Both the position numbers and the translations under genes were made by a program. From NCBI GenBank assembly GCA_946965045.2, contig OX337234.1:2914001-2978000 (forward strand): a stretch of 64,000 nucleotides of DNA, in the 5' to 3' direction. The notes beneath the pieces are model-generated. The model ran no database searches, was not told the origin of the DNA, and saw only the letters and a program-made list of their open reading frames with translations. This document shows positions 12,412-22,634 of the stretch, piece after piece. Positions within the stretch are counted from its first letter, which is position 1; every line of letters starts with the position of its first letter. The stretch comes from Epithemia pelagica. Its lineage: Eukaryota; Protista; Bacillariophyta.

Positions 12412-15400
12412 ATGAGATCGATATTACGAGAAAGATCTACATTGTCCTCGTCCGGTCAGTTCCAAACAACAACAATGCAGCCGCAAGGATGGTCGCATGC
12501 TCGTACGCCGTTGGAAGAAAGTGCCTCTCAATTCAGCAACAACCGACGAAGGGAAAAGCCCAGTTTTTTAAAGTATGGAGAAGACGACAGTCCAGGAGGT
12601 GGCGGACGGCGCATGGGTGTCACACGTTCTCGCAGTAGCCTTCATCGATCCCGAGAACATGCGCGACAAATTGCGCAACTCAGCCGCAGTAGTCAACAGC
12701 AGCAACACCATGCATCGGAACAAGAGCATTCGTCCAAGATTGCCGCCTTTGCCGATTTTCAATCCGCCTTTGGTGGAGGCTCCTCCTCCTCCAACAATCC
12801 GTGGCAGCAACAACAGCACGAAGAAGCTAGACTGCCCGCGGCACCGCAACCAGTAGACGATTCGCTCTCCGATACCTCCTCGTTTTACGATCCACAAGAT
12901 CATTTTGCCATGGCGGCCGCCAAAAAGCACAGTGGCGCGGCCTCTCGGAGACAACAAGCCAGAATACAACAACAACCACAACAATTGCCACAAGCGCCCT
13001 TTGGTGATCAGGACTTTGAGGATACGTCCTTTACTGCGAGCGACTGGCCGGAACCCAGTCGAACCACTCCTTCTCCACGGTCCATGTCTACCATGCCTAG
13101 CAATTCCTCGATGCAAGCCAATTTTGTACATATCAAACAACAACAGGATGGCAGCTATCATCGACAGACATCTGCTGCTTCGTCTTCATCGTCTCGAAGA
13201 CAGTCGCACCACCAGCAACAGCATGCGGATCATAAATCCGGTGGCTCTTCCCAAAACAGTGCGGCCGCTCGACGGCGCATGCGGGCACAGATGCGAGGAG
13301 ATTCCATGGAACGAAGCTCGGTGATAAGCGATACTTCTTCGGTACAAAGTCCAGCATCTTCGCATGGATCTTCGTCTCGCCGTGCAGCAGCAGATACAAG
13401 AACGACAAGGCAACCCGCCTTGGTACAACGACAAATTTCAACGGGAAGTTCCTCCCATTTGAATCTGCCTCTTGCCTCTTCGGGACGGTCCGTTGGTTCG
13501 GCACGATCAGTGGCCTCTTCCACCACTTCGTCTCACCACCATCCGCCCATGCATCACCAAAACAGCAGTGGTAGTTCTCATGGAGTCAACGACTTGTTTG
13601 AACCGGGAGGCGCTGGCGGTGGTGCTGGTTTTACCTTTGATGCCTTTGGGTTGGATGCCTCGCAAATGAATGCCCAGTTGAATCGAGCCATGCATGATTT
13701 GGCCGGTTCGCATCCGGAAATTATGATGAACGGTCCCTTTCTCTCCAATGTGGGAGATGCCTCCAGCAGTGTCCACAGTGCGAGTAGCCCTCTTCCTCCT
13801 TCCAAATGGAACGAGGCCTCGCCCACTCGGTCACGGTCTTCCACACCCATTGCGGCTGCTGGTCCTCCAATGCCGGCGGCGGCCGGTGGATCCGACGAAG
13901 GAGGCTTTGTCGATGGGTTTCGAGTCAGTAAACGGCACATGCATTCTCCTTCCGGAAGCACCGAAAAGTCCTCTATTACCAGTGAAACCTCTTCTCAAGA
14001 TCGGAGCGGATTAGGTCGTAATGGCAGCAACCATGGGTCGTCTCGACGACCTCGCATTGTCCGTCCCTTGGGCAATAGCATGCAACCCAAATTGCAAACG
14101 CACAAGGTTGCGGCTGTAGCCACTACCTCATCCTCTTCAAGATCACGCTTGCGGAGACCTCCTCAAGACGAAATTGAGTTTGTTGATGTAGAATCCGATG
14201 TCGTCTTGGAAACGGACCAAGAACAGCATCCTCATGCTCCACAGCAACAACAACAACAGTCATCACTTCGACAGACGGAATCAGTCCGGCCACAACAACA
14301 ACAACCATTTGGTTCCCCCTCTTCCATACCATTTCCATCCACTCAACAACAGCAACAACAACCACATATGGTAATGGGAAGACCGGAAATCAAACAAAGA
14401 ACAATTGAAAACGAAAATCTTTTTGCACCACCACCCACATCGTCGGATCCAGGAGGTCCTTCCGATTTGGGTCCAGCCGAATTTGGTGATTTTGGTGGTC
14501 AAAATAGCAACGCGCCTTCCGAAGTGGGTGCACAATCGGATATGGGTGTCCAGTCCGACTTTTTTGGTAGTACGACAGGTGTTCGTAGCAATGTCCCATC
14601 CGATGCGGGGGTATCGTCGGATGTGGGTGTCAATGGGGACTTGGGGGGAGGAGCAGATTTGTTTCACCGTCGTCCGACGCACGATTCGAGCATTCCCTTG
14701 CAAGTCTTTTCTTCGTCATTATCGTCGTCCAAGCGTGGCAAGGCGCTTCGAAACAACCACGCCAAGGGTTCCCAAGACACGGCCACCACTGTCAGTACAG
14801 GGTACTCCTCCAATGCGCTGCCAGAACAGCAGCAACCAGAGAGTGGCAACCCAGTCGATCACAAGAGTCGTACTAACGACAACAACATCAATCCGAGCCA
14901 ATTTGAAGAAAAGAAGGATGACTACGACAGTCTCCGAAGTCGCTGGGAGAACAAGGACAAGAATAACAACTCGTCACCGCAACAACCGTCGCCACTCACA
15001 AGCGCCTACTTACAGGCTTTGCAAACCCAGTTTTCTAGGGAAGAGCAACAAAATGGCTCCAATGTGCCTTCACCAGAAGCCTTTCGCCGCAGTCAGCGAG
15101 GAGGAGACGCAGGTGGAGCCAAGTCGGAAGGTGGTGTTCGATTTTCTCGTCCTACGGAAACGGTTAATGCCGTGATGGATCGTTTGACATCCCCCCGAGG
15201 AGGGAAGGGACAAGCACTTTCGGATGTGGGATCCACACCCGAGTACCTAAGGGTCAAACTACGCAGAACCGGGGCTTCAACCGATGATCCGTCTCCGACA
15301 CAATCGTCCCAAGGCCATGATTCCAACCAAGAAAACAATGTCCCTGAAGATGTGTTTGGAGGGAACCGTCATGGTGGTGAGAGGGGTGACAATTCTTGGA

Positions 15401-18400
15401 AGTCTGAGCAACCTGTGTCCATGGTGGAACGGAGCAAGACTTATCAACAGCGGCGCGAACGGGAAATGTCACGTCCAGACGAGCAACACCACGAACATGC
15501 AATGAGAAATCCATCCGTGGACGAGCAAGATGATCGTGCTCTCCACCGGCAATTGCTTCAAGAGGATGAAAATGATGTGGACTATCACAACAACACTAGG
15601 GACACAACTGTACGACAACAACACCAACAACAACATCCCGCGTCATCTGTCCAGGAAGAACCCAAACAACAACCGGAACGTGATGTGGCTACTTTGATCC
15701 GAAGACGGATTGCGGCAAACAAACGCTCTGCCGAACAAGAGAGAATGCAACAGGAGCAGTCGTCACCAAGCGAAAATGTTTCCCAACAACCACGGAACTT
15801 TCGGCAAGTGGACGTTGCATCTTCGAATGGAGGACCGCCGATGTTTGAGCAGTCTCCCATTTCTCCGGCTCGTCGTTCGAATTATCCACAAGCCGAAGTG
15901 GATCATGATGATGAGCCAGCTCAAGATCCCCGTGATGTCATGATGCAAATGCTCAAAGCACGAGGAGCTGCTGCAAGTGCCGCACCTTATCAGGAAAAGG
16001 AGTTATCCAAACAAAGATCGCCATCGAGACAATTGGATTCGAAGCCGTCGATCGAAATAGCCCACACGCGAAGTAGTCTGGACGATCATCACGTCTCCAA
16101 ATCGACAACTCCAAAGGCAACCAAAATGATGCTTAACGCGTTTTTAGCTGGACGCGAATCCGTGGGGGAAACCGGAGGAGCAAAATCAATAGCAAGTGCC
16201 AGCAAGACTGGCAACAACGATGGACGCCCCGCATTGAAGGACGATCCTGAATACGAGCGGTATTTCAAAATGTTGAAACTTGGAATGCCGATTGATGTTG
16301 TCAAACATGCAATGACCAGGGACGGTGTAAACGCCTCTGTTATGGATGGAGATCATAACAAACCCGTACCAGTAGCAGGGGTGCCACTCAAAGATGACCC
16401 TGAGTACGAAAAGTATTTCAAAATGCTCAAGATCGGAATGCCCATGGACGCTGTTAAACATGCGATGTTACGAGATGGATTGGACTGTAGTGTAATGGAT
16501 CAAGATCACAACCTTCCTGTGGGTAAAAAGGGGGACGAAACTCTTCAGGATGAACCAAAAGAGAAGGACTCGCATCGACGAGCGCGACTTCATTGGAAAA
16601 CACTGAGAAAAGTAACTTCGAATTCGCTCTGGGCAAGACTGGATCAGGATATATCTATGGAGAATATTGAGATTGATGAAAATGAATTTCAAGAACTTTT
16701 CCAAGTCGAGAAAGGTGAAGACGTTCAGAAAAAGACTACGACATCGTCAAACACAGCTTCCCGGAGCACCACAGTTAGAGTAATTGATGGCAAACGAGCC
16801 AACAATGGGGGAATCATTTTGGCCCGATTGAAAATGTCTCACGACGAAATGGCCGATGCAGTTGATCGAATCAACGAGAATGTTTTGTCCGCTGAACAGA
16901 TTGAAAACATTATCGAGTATCTTCCGTCGAAGGAGGAGCGAAGAGCACTCGAATCGTACATGTTAGAGGGAGGACAAGACGCTGCAGAAAAGTTTGATGG
17001 CTTGTGTGAATGCGAAAAGTTCATGGTCTCCATGATGACAGTTAAGCATGCAAAACGGAAAGTAAGGGCCCTCCTATTCAAGCTTCAATTTGAACAGTGT
17101 TTGGATGACATTCTTCAAGACACACTTGCAGTAGAATCGGCATGTGACGAATTATTTAATTCGGTGCGGTTGCGACAACTGTTGGGTATTATTCTCACCT
17201 TTGGTAACCGCCTCAACACTGCTGGAAACAAGAAGCGAAAAGCCGGAGCGTTTACGTTGGATTCATTGCTCAAACTAAATCAAGCCAAAGCGTTCGACAA
17301 GAAAACTACATTTCTGCACTATGTCATTCTCATTGTTCAGAGGAATAATGAGATTTTGCTACGCTTCAAGGACGACTTACCAACTGTTTTCAAAGCTGAT
17401 AAAGTGTTCTGGGACCAATGTCTCACTGACTTGGATGGAGTTGAGAGCCAGTTAGAGAATGTTAGACGAATTGCTTTGTACCAGGCACGGCAGGCTCACG
17501 GGTACCGTCTGCGTCGGCACAAGTCTCATAGTGCGGACGATGGCGACGAGAGCTTGAGCGATGGCGAAATCTCTCTAACTCTTGAAGAAGAGGTCGAAGC
17601 CTTGCGTGCCACACCCATTGGAATTTTTACCCTCAGTGCAATTAAATACGTTTCATCTCTTCGCGACAAAGTGGAGGAGACACGATCCAAGTTCACACGG
17701 TTACTTGAGTACTTTGGAGAAGAAGAAACCACATGGCATCCCCATGAACTTTTCAGTACCATTGCTCAGTTTTGTCGCGACTTTGACAAGGCAAAGGATG
17801 AAGTGCTTGCAAATGAGAAAAAGAAGCAACGAGAGGAGCGCAAACGCCAGTCAGTGGCCGGGAAACCTCCGACACATTCGACGCCAGACCGCCGTCAGCA
17901 ACAGGAAAGGACGCCAGACCGCCGGCAGCAACAGGAAAAGACACTAGACCGCCGTCAACCAGAAAAGAAAATGCTGCGGGCATCTTCGTTCCAGCCTTCT
18001 ATTTCAGCTGTCATGAGAAGCAACCAGCCAACAAGTGCCGGATCCGAAGCACGAGAAAGCAAGCCTCGTTACTCCGCACCTCCCCAAGTTCCCCTCCACG
18101 ACGCTCGCCGTCGTGACGAGCCGAACAGCGAAACTGTCATGTTGAACGGGAGACCAGAGTCAAGCCATCACAATGAGGTTCCGTATCAACCGTACCATGG
18201 TCATATCGAAAGCGCCGGTGTAAATCATCACGATTTTCCCCACCACGAGGATGTTTCGGAAAGATCCATACTGGCAGCTGTGGAAGAGGAAGGAGCAATG
18301 CCGAGTCCCGGTGGATACGAGCAGTACGGTGCAATAGAAAACTATTCTAGCCCGCAATCCACCCCGACTCGGCAACCCTCTGTTCATGCGACATCTCGAA

Positions 18401-18996
18401 GATCGCGATCCAATCCTACGCCCAACGACCATCGTGCCATGCACCCATCCTATCACACTCCCGATACCAGCTATTCTCATGTCTCAATGGACAATGCAAT
18501 GCAAAGAGAACCGCCTTTGTCAAGATCCACTCACAGGAGTGACCATGGCGATGGTAACAAGCACGTGCATCAACAAACAAGACATGAGTCTTTCGACGAG
18601 CCACCGGCGCCTACCAATGTCCGAAGCGCGAGCATGTCTGCCTTGCGCCATAAAGCCCGAATGAAAGGAAAACTCCACCACCGTGCTACAGCTGCTCCTC
18701 CAGTCCATTCCAATAGTGTACCACTCGAAGCGGAAACAGCCACCACCACTCCCTTTGTGTCCATGCAATCCCGTGAACCACCACTGGCTCGACACGAACA
18801 AGCTCCTTCTCCCATTCCATCAGCGCCTCAAGCACTTCATGGTCAATCCTCGGACCAAGCATCCGTGGACGAAAGTGTCCACAGCAACAAACCCAAACAA
18901 ATGTCACCCCGATCCTCGTTTCGTCATAAAAGACGAATGGAAGTTCGAGAACGGATGCGTCAAGAAAAGGCATCCTCGACCAATCCAGTCAACTAA
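12412..18996 (+). CDS. Formin (FH2 domain) with a very long disordered N-terminus and two CCDC53-like helical repeats
   Basis: FH2 motifs RARLHWKTL, VIDGKRANNGGIILARLK, ILTFGNRLN, GAFTLDSLLKL and KTTFLHY. Two copies of LKDDPEY.KYFKMLK.GMP.D.VKHAM.RDG at about 16235-16480. Single 2194-aa ORF. Confidence 0.9.
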   Translation: MRSILRERSTLSSSGQFQTTTMQPQGWSHARTPLEESASQFSNNRRREKPSFLKYGEDDSPGGGGRRMGVTRSRSSLHRSREHARQIAQLSRSSQQQQHHASEQEHSSKIAAFADFQSAFGGGSSSSNNPWQQQQHEEARLPAAPQPVDDSLSDTSSFYDPQDHFAMAAAKKHSGAASRRQQARIQQQPQQLPQAPFGDQDFEDTSFTASDWPEPSRTTPSPRSMSTMPSNSSMQANFVHIKQQQDGSYHRQTSAASSSSSRRQSHHQQQHADHKSGGSSQNSAAARRRMRAQMRGDSMERSSVISDTSSVQSPASSHGSSSRRAAADTRTTRQPALVQRQISTGSSSHLNLPLASSGRSVGSARSVASSTTSSHHHPPMHHQNSSGSSHGVNDLFEPGGAGGGAGFTFDAFGLDASQMNAQLNRAMHDLAGSHPEIMMNGPFLSNVGDASSSVHSASSPLPPSKWNEASPTRSRSSTPIAAAGPPMPAAAGGSDEGGFVDGFRVSKRHMHSPSGSTEKSSITSETSSQDRSGLGRNGSNHGSSRRPRIVRPLGNSMQPKLQTHKVAAVATTSSSSRSRLRRPPQDEIEFVDVESDVVLETDQEQHPHAPQQQQQQSSLRQTESVRPQQQQPFGSPSSIPFPSTQQQQQQPHMVMGRPEIKQRTIENENLFAPPPTSSDPGGPSDLGPAEFGDFGGQNSNAPSEVGAQSDMGVQSDFFGSTTGVRSNVPSDAGVSSDVGVNGDLGGGADLFHRRPTHDSSIPLQVFSSSLSSSKRGKALRNNHAKGSQDTATTVSTGYSSNALPEQQQPESGNPVDHKSRTNDNNINPSQFEEKKDDYDSLRSRWENKDKNNNSSPQQPSPLTSAYLQALQTQFSREEQQNGSNVPSPEAFRRSQRGGDAGGAKSEGGVRFSRPTETVNAVMDRLTSPRGGKGQALSDVGSTPEYLRVKLRRTGASTDDPSPTQSSQGHDSNQENNVPEDVFGGNRHGGERGDNSWKSEQPVSMVERSKTYQQRREREMSRPDEQHHEHAMRNPSVDEQDDRALHRQLLQEDENDVDYHNNTRDTTVRQQHQQQHPASSVQEEPKQQPERDVATLIRRRIAANKRSAEQERMQQEQSSPSENVSQQPRNFRQVDVASSNGGPPMFEQSPISPARRSNYPQAEVDHDDEPAQDPRDVMMQMLKARGAAASAAPYQEKELSKQRSPSRQLDSKPSIEIAHTRSSLDDHHVSKSTTPKATKMMLNAFLAGRESVGETGGAKSIASASKTGNNDGRPALKDDPEYERYFKMLKLGMPIDVVKHAMTRDGVNASVMDGDHNKPVPVAGVPLKDDPEYEKYFKMLKIGMPMDAVKHAMLRDGLDCSVMDQDHNLPVGKKGDETLQDEPKEKDSHRRARLHWKTLRKVTSNSLWARLDQDISMENIEIDENEFQELFQVEKGEDVQKKTTTSSNTASRSTTVRVIDGKRANNGGIILARLKMSHDEMADAVDRINENVLSAEQIENIIEYLPSKEERRALESYMLEGGQDAAEKFDGLCECEKFMVSMMTVKHAKRKVRALLFKLQFEQCLDDILQDTLAVESACDELFNSVRLRQLLGIILTFGNRLNTAGNKKRKAGAFTLDSLLKLNQAKAFDKKTTFLHYVILIVQRNNEILLRFKDDLPTVFKADKVFWDQCLTDLDGVESQLENVRRIALYQARQAHGYRLRRHKSHSADDGDESLSDGEISLTLEEEVEALRATPIGIFTLSAIKYVSSLRDKVEETRSKFTRLLEYFGEEETTWHPHELFSTIAQFCRDFDKAKDEVLANEKKKQREERKRQSVAGKPPTHSTPDRRQQQERTPDRRQQQEKTLDRRQPEKKMLRASSFQPSISAVMRSNQPTSAGSEARESKPRYSAPPQVPLHDARRRDEPNSETVMLNGRPESSHHNEVPYQPYHGHIESAGVNHHDFPHHEDVSERSILAAVEEEGAMPSPGGYEQYGAIENYSSPQSTPTRQPSVHATSRRSRSNPTPNDHRAMHPSYHTPDTSYSHVSMDNAMQREPPLSRSTHRSDHGDGNKHVHQQTRHESFDEPPAPTNVRSASMSALRHKARMKGKLHHRATAAPPVHSNSVPLEAETATTTPFVSMQSREPPLARHEQAPSPIPSAPQALHGQSSDQASVDESVHSNKPKQMSPRSSFRHKRRMEVRERMRQEKASSTNPVN
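17881..17967 (+). repeat. 30-bp coding tandem repeat x~3 (TPDRRQQQE[R/K]) in the formin C-terminus
   Basis: acgccagaccgccgtcagcaacaggaaagg repeated at 17881, 17911 and, degenerate, at 17941. Confidence 0.9.
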
Positions 18997-19214
18997 TAGT
19001 GTAGGACCGATACACACTCTCGTTTGTGAGTTTGGTACTACCACGCCATGTTCGGTGCAACAATCGTACCGGTTTGGCCCGTTCCTCCGTGTTCCTCCTC
19101 ATATCATATCTCGCTAGAGAAATAGAAACCATGATCACTCTCTTCTTACCATTTATCATAGAGAACCACATTTTTCTGAGCCAAAAGAGGGGACATGGTG
19201 ATCACCTTGTATTG

Positions 19215-19262
19215 TACTCCTAGGACTACCTATTACCTAGGAGTAGCTAGCTAGCAGAGTAG
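19215..19262. promoter_or_regulatory. Candidate promoter element: inverted repeat tactcctagg-N11-cctaggagta in a TAG-rich patch
   Basis: Perfect 10-bp inverted repeat about 180-220 bp upstream of ORF 19439. Related motifs lie in other upstream regions. Confidence 0.4.
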
Positions 19263-19438
19263 TCGAGGGCGTCTGGGGGTTGTCCGTTCACGGACCTGTC
19301 GCGATCGGGTCGCGCAAGATCCTGGGGTTCACCCATCAACACATCAACAACACAACAGAATCAATTCTGTCAAAGAGAAAACATACATCGTGGTGCCTTA
19401 TTGGTGTGCAAGAGTGTGGCGTTGAGTGAAGCTCTAGA

Positions 19439-22400
19439 ATGGTTCTGTGGCATGCTGCAAACGTAGTGTCTGGGTTGGACCCGAGACGTGCGGATCGGGT
19501 TGAAATGGGCCGACGACTACCACGTGTTCTTATTGTTCCGTCGTCGTTGGGATGGATCATTCGTCTCGGTGTGTTGTGGTTGACGATTGGGAGTATCCAG
19601 GTCAGAGGCACCACTCCCTCCGAATCATCATCATCATCATCTTGCCGTGGTTCTCTGGATGCTTTCCAGAAACCGTGGAGTTCCAACGCCGCAGGACTTG
19701 CCGCGTTTGTTCCATCTCTCCCCTATCGTCGGCGGCGACATGCCTGGAATCCAACCAGCAGCCTCTTACCACCCGGGTGGCCTCCCTCCTCCCCAGTCTT
19801 GTCCAGCAAGGAACGCGCAGAACTCCAGTCTCGTCGACCCATGACGGACGATCCATCGCCATCACAAAAGGCCTCGAAACAGTCTAAACCAAAGGGTGTT
19901 ACCCTCAAGGAATTTTCGCAACGTGTCTTGGACAATCCCGCCAAATATTTGCCCGAAACCAATAACAAGAAGAAGAAGAAATCTAACTACAAACGAACGC
20001 GCAAACGTGTCGAAAATCCACAACAAACCTACTTGTATGCCACCCAGCGACGTGCCTTGCAACTCGAACGGAATCAACAAGAACAAGAACAAGAACAAGC
20101 CGATGGAGGAGAACATGACACCCGAACCAACAACAATAACAAGAATGACCTCCAGCAATCTGTTAAGGAATGGATTCGAGAATTCCATATTCCTCCGGGC
20201 ACGCATCATCATTGCAATCCAGAACACGAGGAAGAACAACCCGTGATTCGAGGGCAAATACGGGTCAGTGATGAGTTGCACAGTAGCAATGCCTTTGCCT
20301 ATTTGATTGAAAAACCGGCTGGATGGGCCATTGTGGGAAGCAAAGCAACAACAACAACAACGGCGGTAACGGGAGACAAGGATGACAAGAACCTCCAAAA
20401 AGACTCCCAACCAGTCCCATCCACACCAGCCGCACCGCCACCCAACACGGACTCTCGTCCAACGACACGGTCCAGGTATCTGCAACGAGTCAAGGTTCGA
20501 TATACCGAAGACGATGACGAATACGACAAGGACAAGACCGTGGCAGACTATGTGGAATACGATGAGCTCCAAGTCTTTGCCCTCATGACACCGACCGAAG
20601 TGCAAGAATTTTTGGAAGAGGGTGGAACCTTGCCCGAGGGAATGGTGGTCAATGCACAGGGCAAGGTCCAAGCCACCACGGACCACAAGAACCACCAATA
20701 CAAAGCATTGACCACACACCCGACAACAAGATCCACTGCGGAATCGGAGGTGGACTATTATTTGACGCAAGATTTGAATCAGACCGACACATTGGAACGT
20801 TGGAATCCAACTCAGTTGCAAACCATTCGACGCATTCAAGCACGGCAAGCTCCTCCATCACCCAACAACAACAACCATGCCGGTGGAACGTCGTGGACTC
20901 GTCCTTCCGTGATTCAATGGCTCAAGGATCATTTGGCCACCAATTACAATCGGACCATTCGAGGGGGCAATGTGTGGAAAGCTGTGGCGGGTGCCACACA
21001 GGTGGACGATTCTGGATTGGTGTTGGTCTGTCCCAAAACGGCCGTCCCCCATGTGTATTGCGATGTCAGTCAATACGTGGCCGTCGTGGGAGGAACGGGA
21101 AACCATTTGGCGGCGGCACTCGACAATTCCAAACCAATGGAGGAAAACGAGGCGGCTGTCGTTCTTGAAACAATGGCCAAGGTCCAACCAATGGCGACTC
21201 GCACGGACCGAGCAGTGCCTCGAAATTTGCAAAACACCAATCGTCATGTTGCCAAAGAGGACAATGATGTGGTGGAAACACTGTCGGTTACCATTCCCAA
21301 TGGTGCGTCGACTTGCAACGATGTGGTTCCAATTTGCCAAGAAGACCGAAACACTGGAATTCGAGGTAATCCAGCCGCTCATCCCTTGGATCGACGTGCT
21401 CGGCGCCGTTTGATTCATTGTCAAGCCATGACCGTGTCCAGCTTACTCTTTGACGATGATCCTGTTCATGTCGAATCGACGCAGGTTCCCGATGACATTG
21501 CCGTCTGGTCCAAACGAGGAGGACGGCCTACTGTAGTGTCGTCGACGCATCGGAGCCAGTCGTTGCAACTGTTTACACGCGGATCCTTTTTGGGACGATC
21601 CGCCTTGCAAGGTTCCAATTCGACCACTGCCTATCGAGAAATCAATGGAGCTGCCGACGGCTTTCCTGGATGGACCGTGGACCGATATGGGAAATGGTTG
21701 TGGGTCCAACACGATCCCAACTATCCCCGAGGACCCTTGCCTTCGATTCACGATGGATATACGGCCGGTGTGTACTATCTGGAGACTCGTCGACCCAATG
21801 ATCCTACTTTGCTTGCCATGGACCAACACGATGTGGTACACGATCGTCGACCCCGCTTGTTGGAAGGACAAGCAGCACCCGCTCTCTTTCCAGTCCTCGA
21901 AAATGGAATCCAGTACCTTGTATCGCTGGAAAAAGATTTGTCCACCGGTTTGTTTCTGGATCAACGTCCCCAACGACAGTGGTTGGCCCGTCATTGTGGT
22001 CCCACGACACGTTTGTTGAATTGTTTTGCCCATACCGGGGCCTTTTCCGTGGCCGCCGCGACGGCGGGAGCCTCTACCGTGAGCATTGACTTGTCTCAAA
22101 AATGGTTGCAACGCCTTCCCGAACATTTTCAAGCCAATGGTATGGAGTTTGATGAACGGCACGATGCGATTTACGGAGATTGTTTTGATTGGTTGCATCG
22201 CTTGGCCAAACGAGGAGAAACCTATGATATTGTCATTTTGGATCCACCCAGTGCTAGTTTTGTGGGTGGCCGGAAAAAGAAGCGATGGAGTGTTCAACAA
22301 GATACACCGGAACTGGTCGCCTTGGCCGCCAAATTAGTGCAACCTGGGGGGTTGTTGTGGACCACGACCAATCATGCCGGAATATCGGCCTTGCAATGGG

Positions 22401-22579
22401 CACGACTGTGTCAAAAAGGTTTGTTGGATCATCAACAAGCACGAATCGCTGCCGAGGAGGGAACTGGACGAGCACGGAAACCAAAGGCACCTCGCTTGGA
22501 ACGAGTTCAACCAATGCCAACGGATTTTCCCTCGATTGGGGCTCAAAATGTCAAGAATTTGGTATGGAGAATTCCCTAA
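19439..22579 (+). CDS. RlmI/RlmK-type SAM-dependent RNA methyltransferase fused to a degenerate RluA-like pseudouridine-synthase fold; possibly plastid-targeted
   Basis: C-terminal motifs YREINGAADGFPGWTVDRYG, STGLFLDQRPQR, LLNCFAHTGAFS, DIVILDPPS. N-terminal synthase-like motifs AYLIEKPAGW, QVDDSGLVLV, RRLIHC. Alternative ATG at 19505. Confidence 0.8.
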   Translation: MVLWHAANVVSGLDPRRADRVEMGRRLPRVLIVPSSLGWIIRLGVLWLTIGSIQVRGTTPSESSSSSSCRGSLDAFQKPWSSNAAGLAAFVPSLPYRRRRHAWNPTSSLLPPGWPPSSPVLSSKERAELQSRRPMTDDPSPSQKASKQSKPKGVTLKEFSQRVLDNPAKYLPETNNKKKKKSNYKRTRKRVENPQQTYLYATQRRALQLERNQQEQEQEQADGGEHDTRTNNNNKNDLQQSVKEWIREFHIPPGTHHHCNPEHEEEQPVIRGQIRVSDELHSSNAFAYLIEKPAGWAIVGSKATTTTTAVTGDKDDKNLQKDSQPVPSTPAAPPPNTDSRPTTRSRYLQRVKVRYTEDDDEYDKDKTVADYVEYDELQVFALMTPTEVQEFLEEGGTLPEGMVVNAQGKVQATTDHKNHQYKALTTHPTTRSTAESEVDYYLTQDLNQTDTLERWNPTQLQTIRRIQARQAPPSPNNNNHAGGTSWTRPSVIQWLKDHLATNYNRTIRGGNVWKAVAGATQVDDSGLVLVCPKTAVPHVYCDVSQYVAVVGGTGNHLAAALDNSKPMEENEAAVVLETMAKVQPMATRTDRAVPRNLQNTNRHVAKEDNDVVETLSVTIPNGASTCNDVVPICQEDRNTGIRGNPAAHPLDRRARRRLIHCQAMTVSSLLFDDDPVHVESTQVPDDIAVWSKRGGRPTVVSSTHRSQSLQLFTRGSFLGRSALQGSNSTTAYREINGAADGFPGWTVDRYGKWLWVQHDPNYPRGPLPSIHDGYTAGVYYLETRRPNDPTLLAMDQHDVVHDRRPRLLEGQAAPALFPVLENGIQYLVSLEKDLSTGLFLDQRPQRQWLARHCGPTTRLLNCFAHTGAFSVAAATAGASTVSIDLSQKWLQRLPEHFQANGMEFDERHDAIYGDCFDWLHRLAKRGETYDIVILDPPSASFVGGRKKKRWSVQQDTPELVALAAKLVQPGGLLWTTTNHAGISALQWARLCQKGLLDHQQARIAAEEGTGRARKPKAPRLERVQPMPTDFPSIGAQNVKNLVWRIP

Positions 22580-22634
22580 TTCAGCCTGTTGTTGTTCTAC
22601 GTATTCTCTGTTTTGTGAGGAGGGGGAATCAAAA

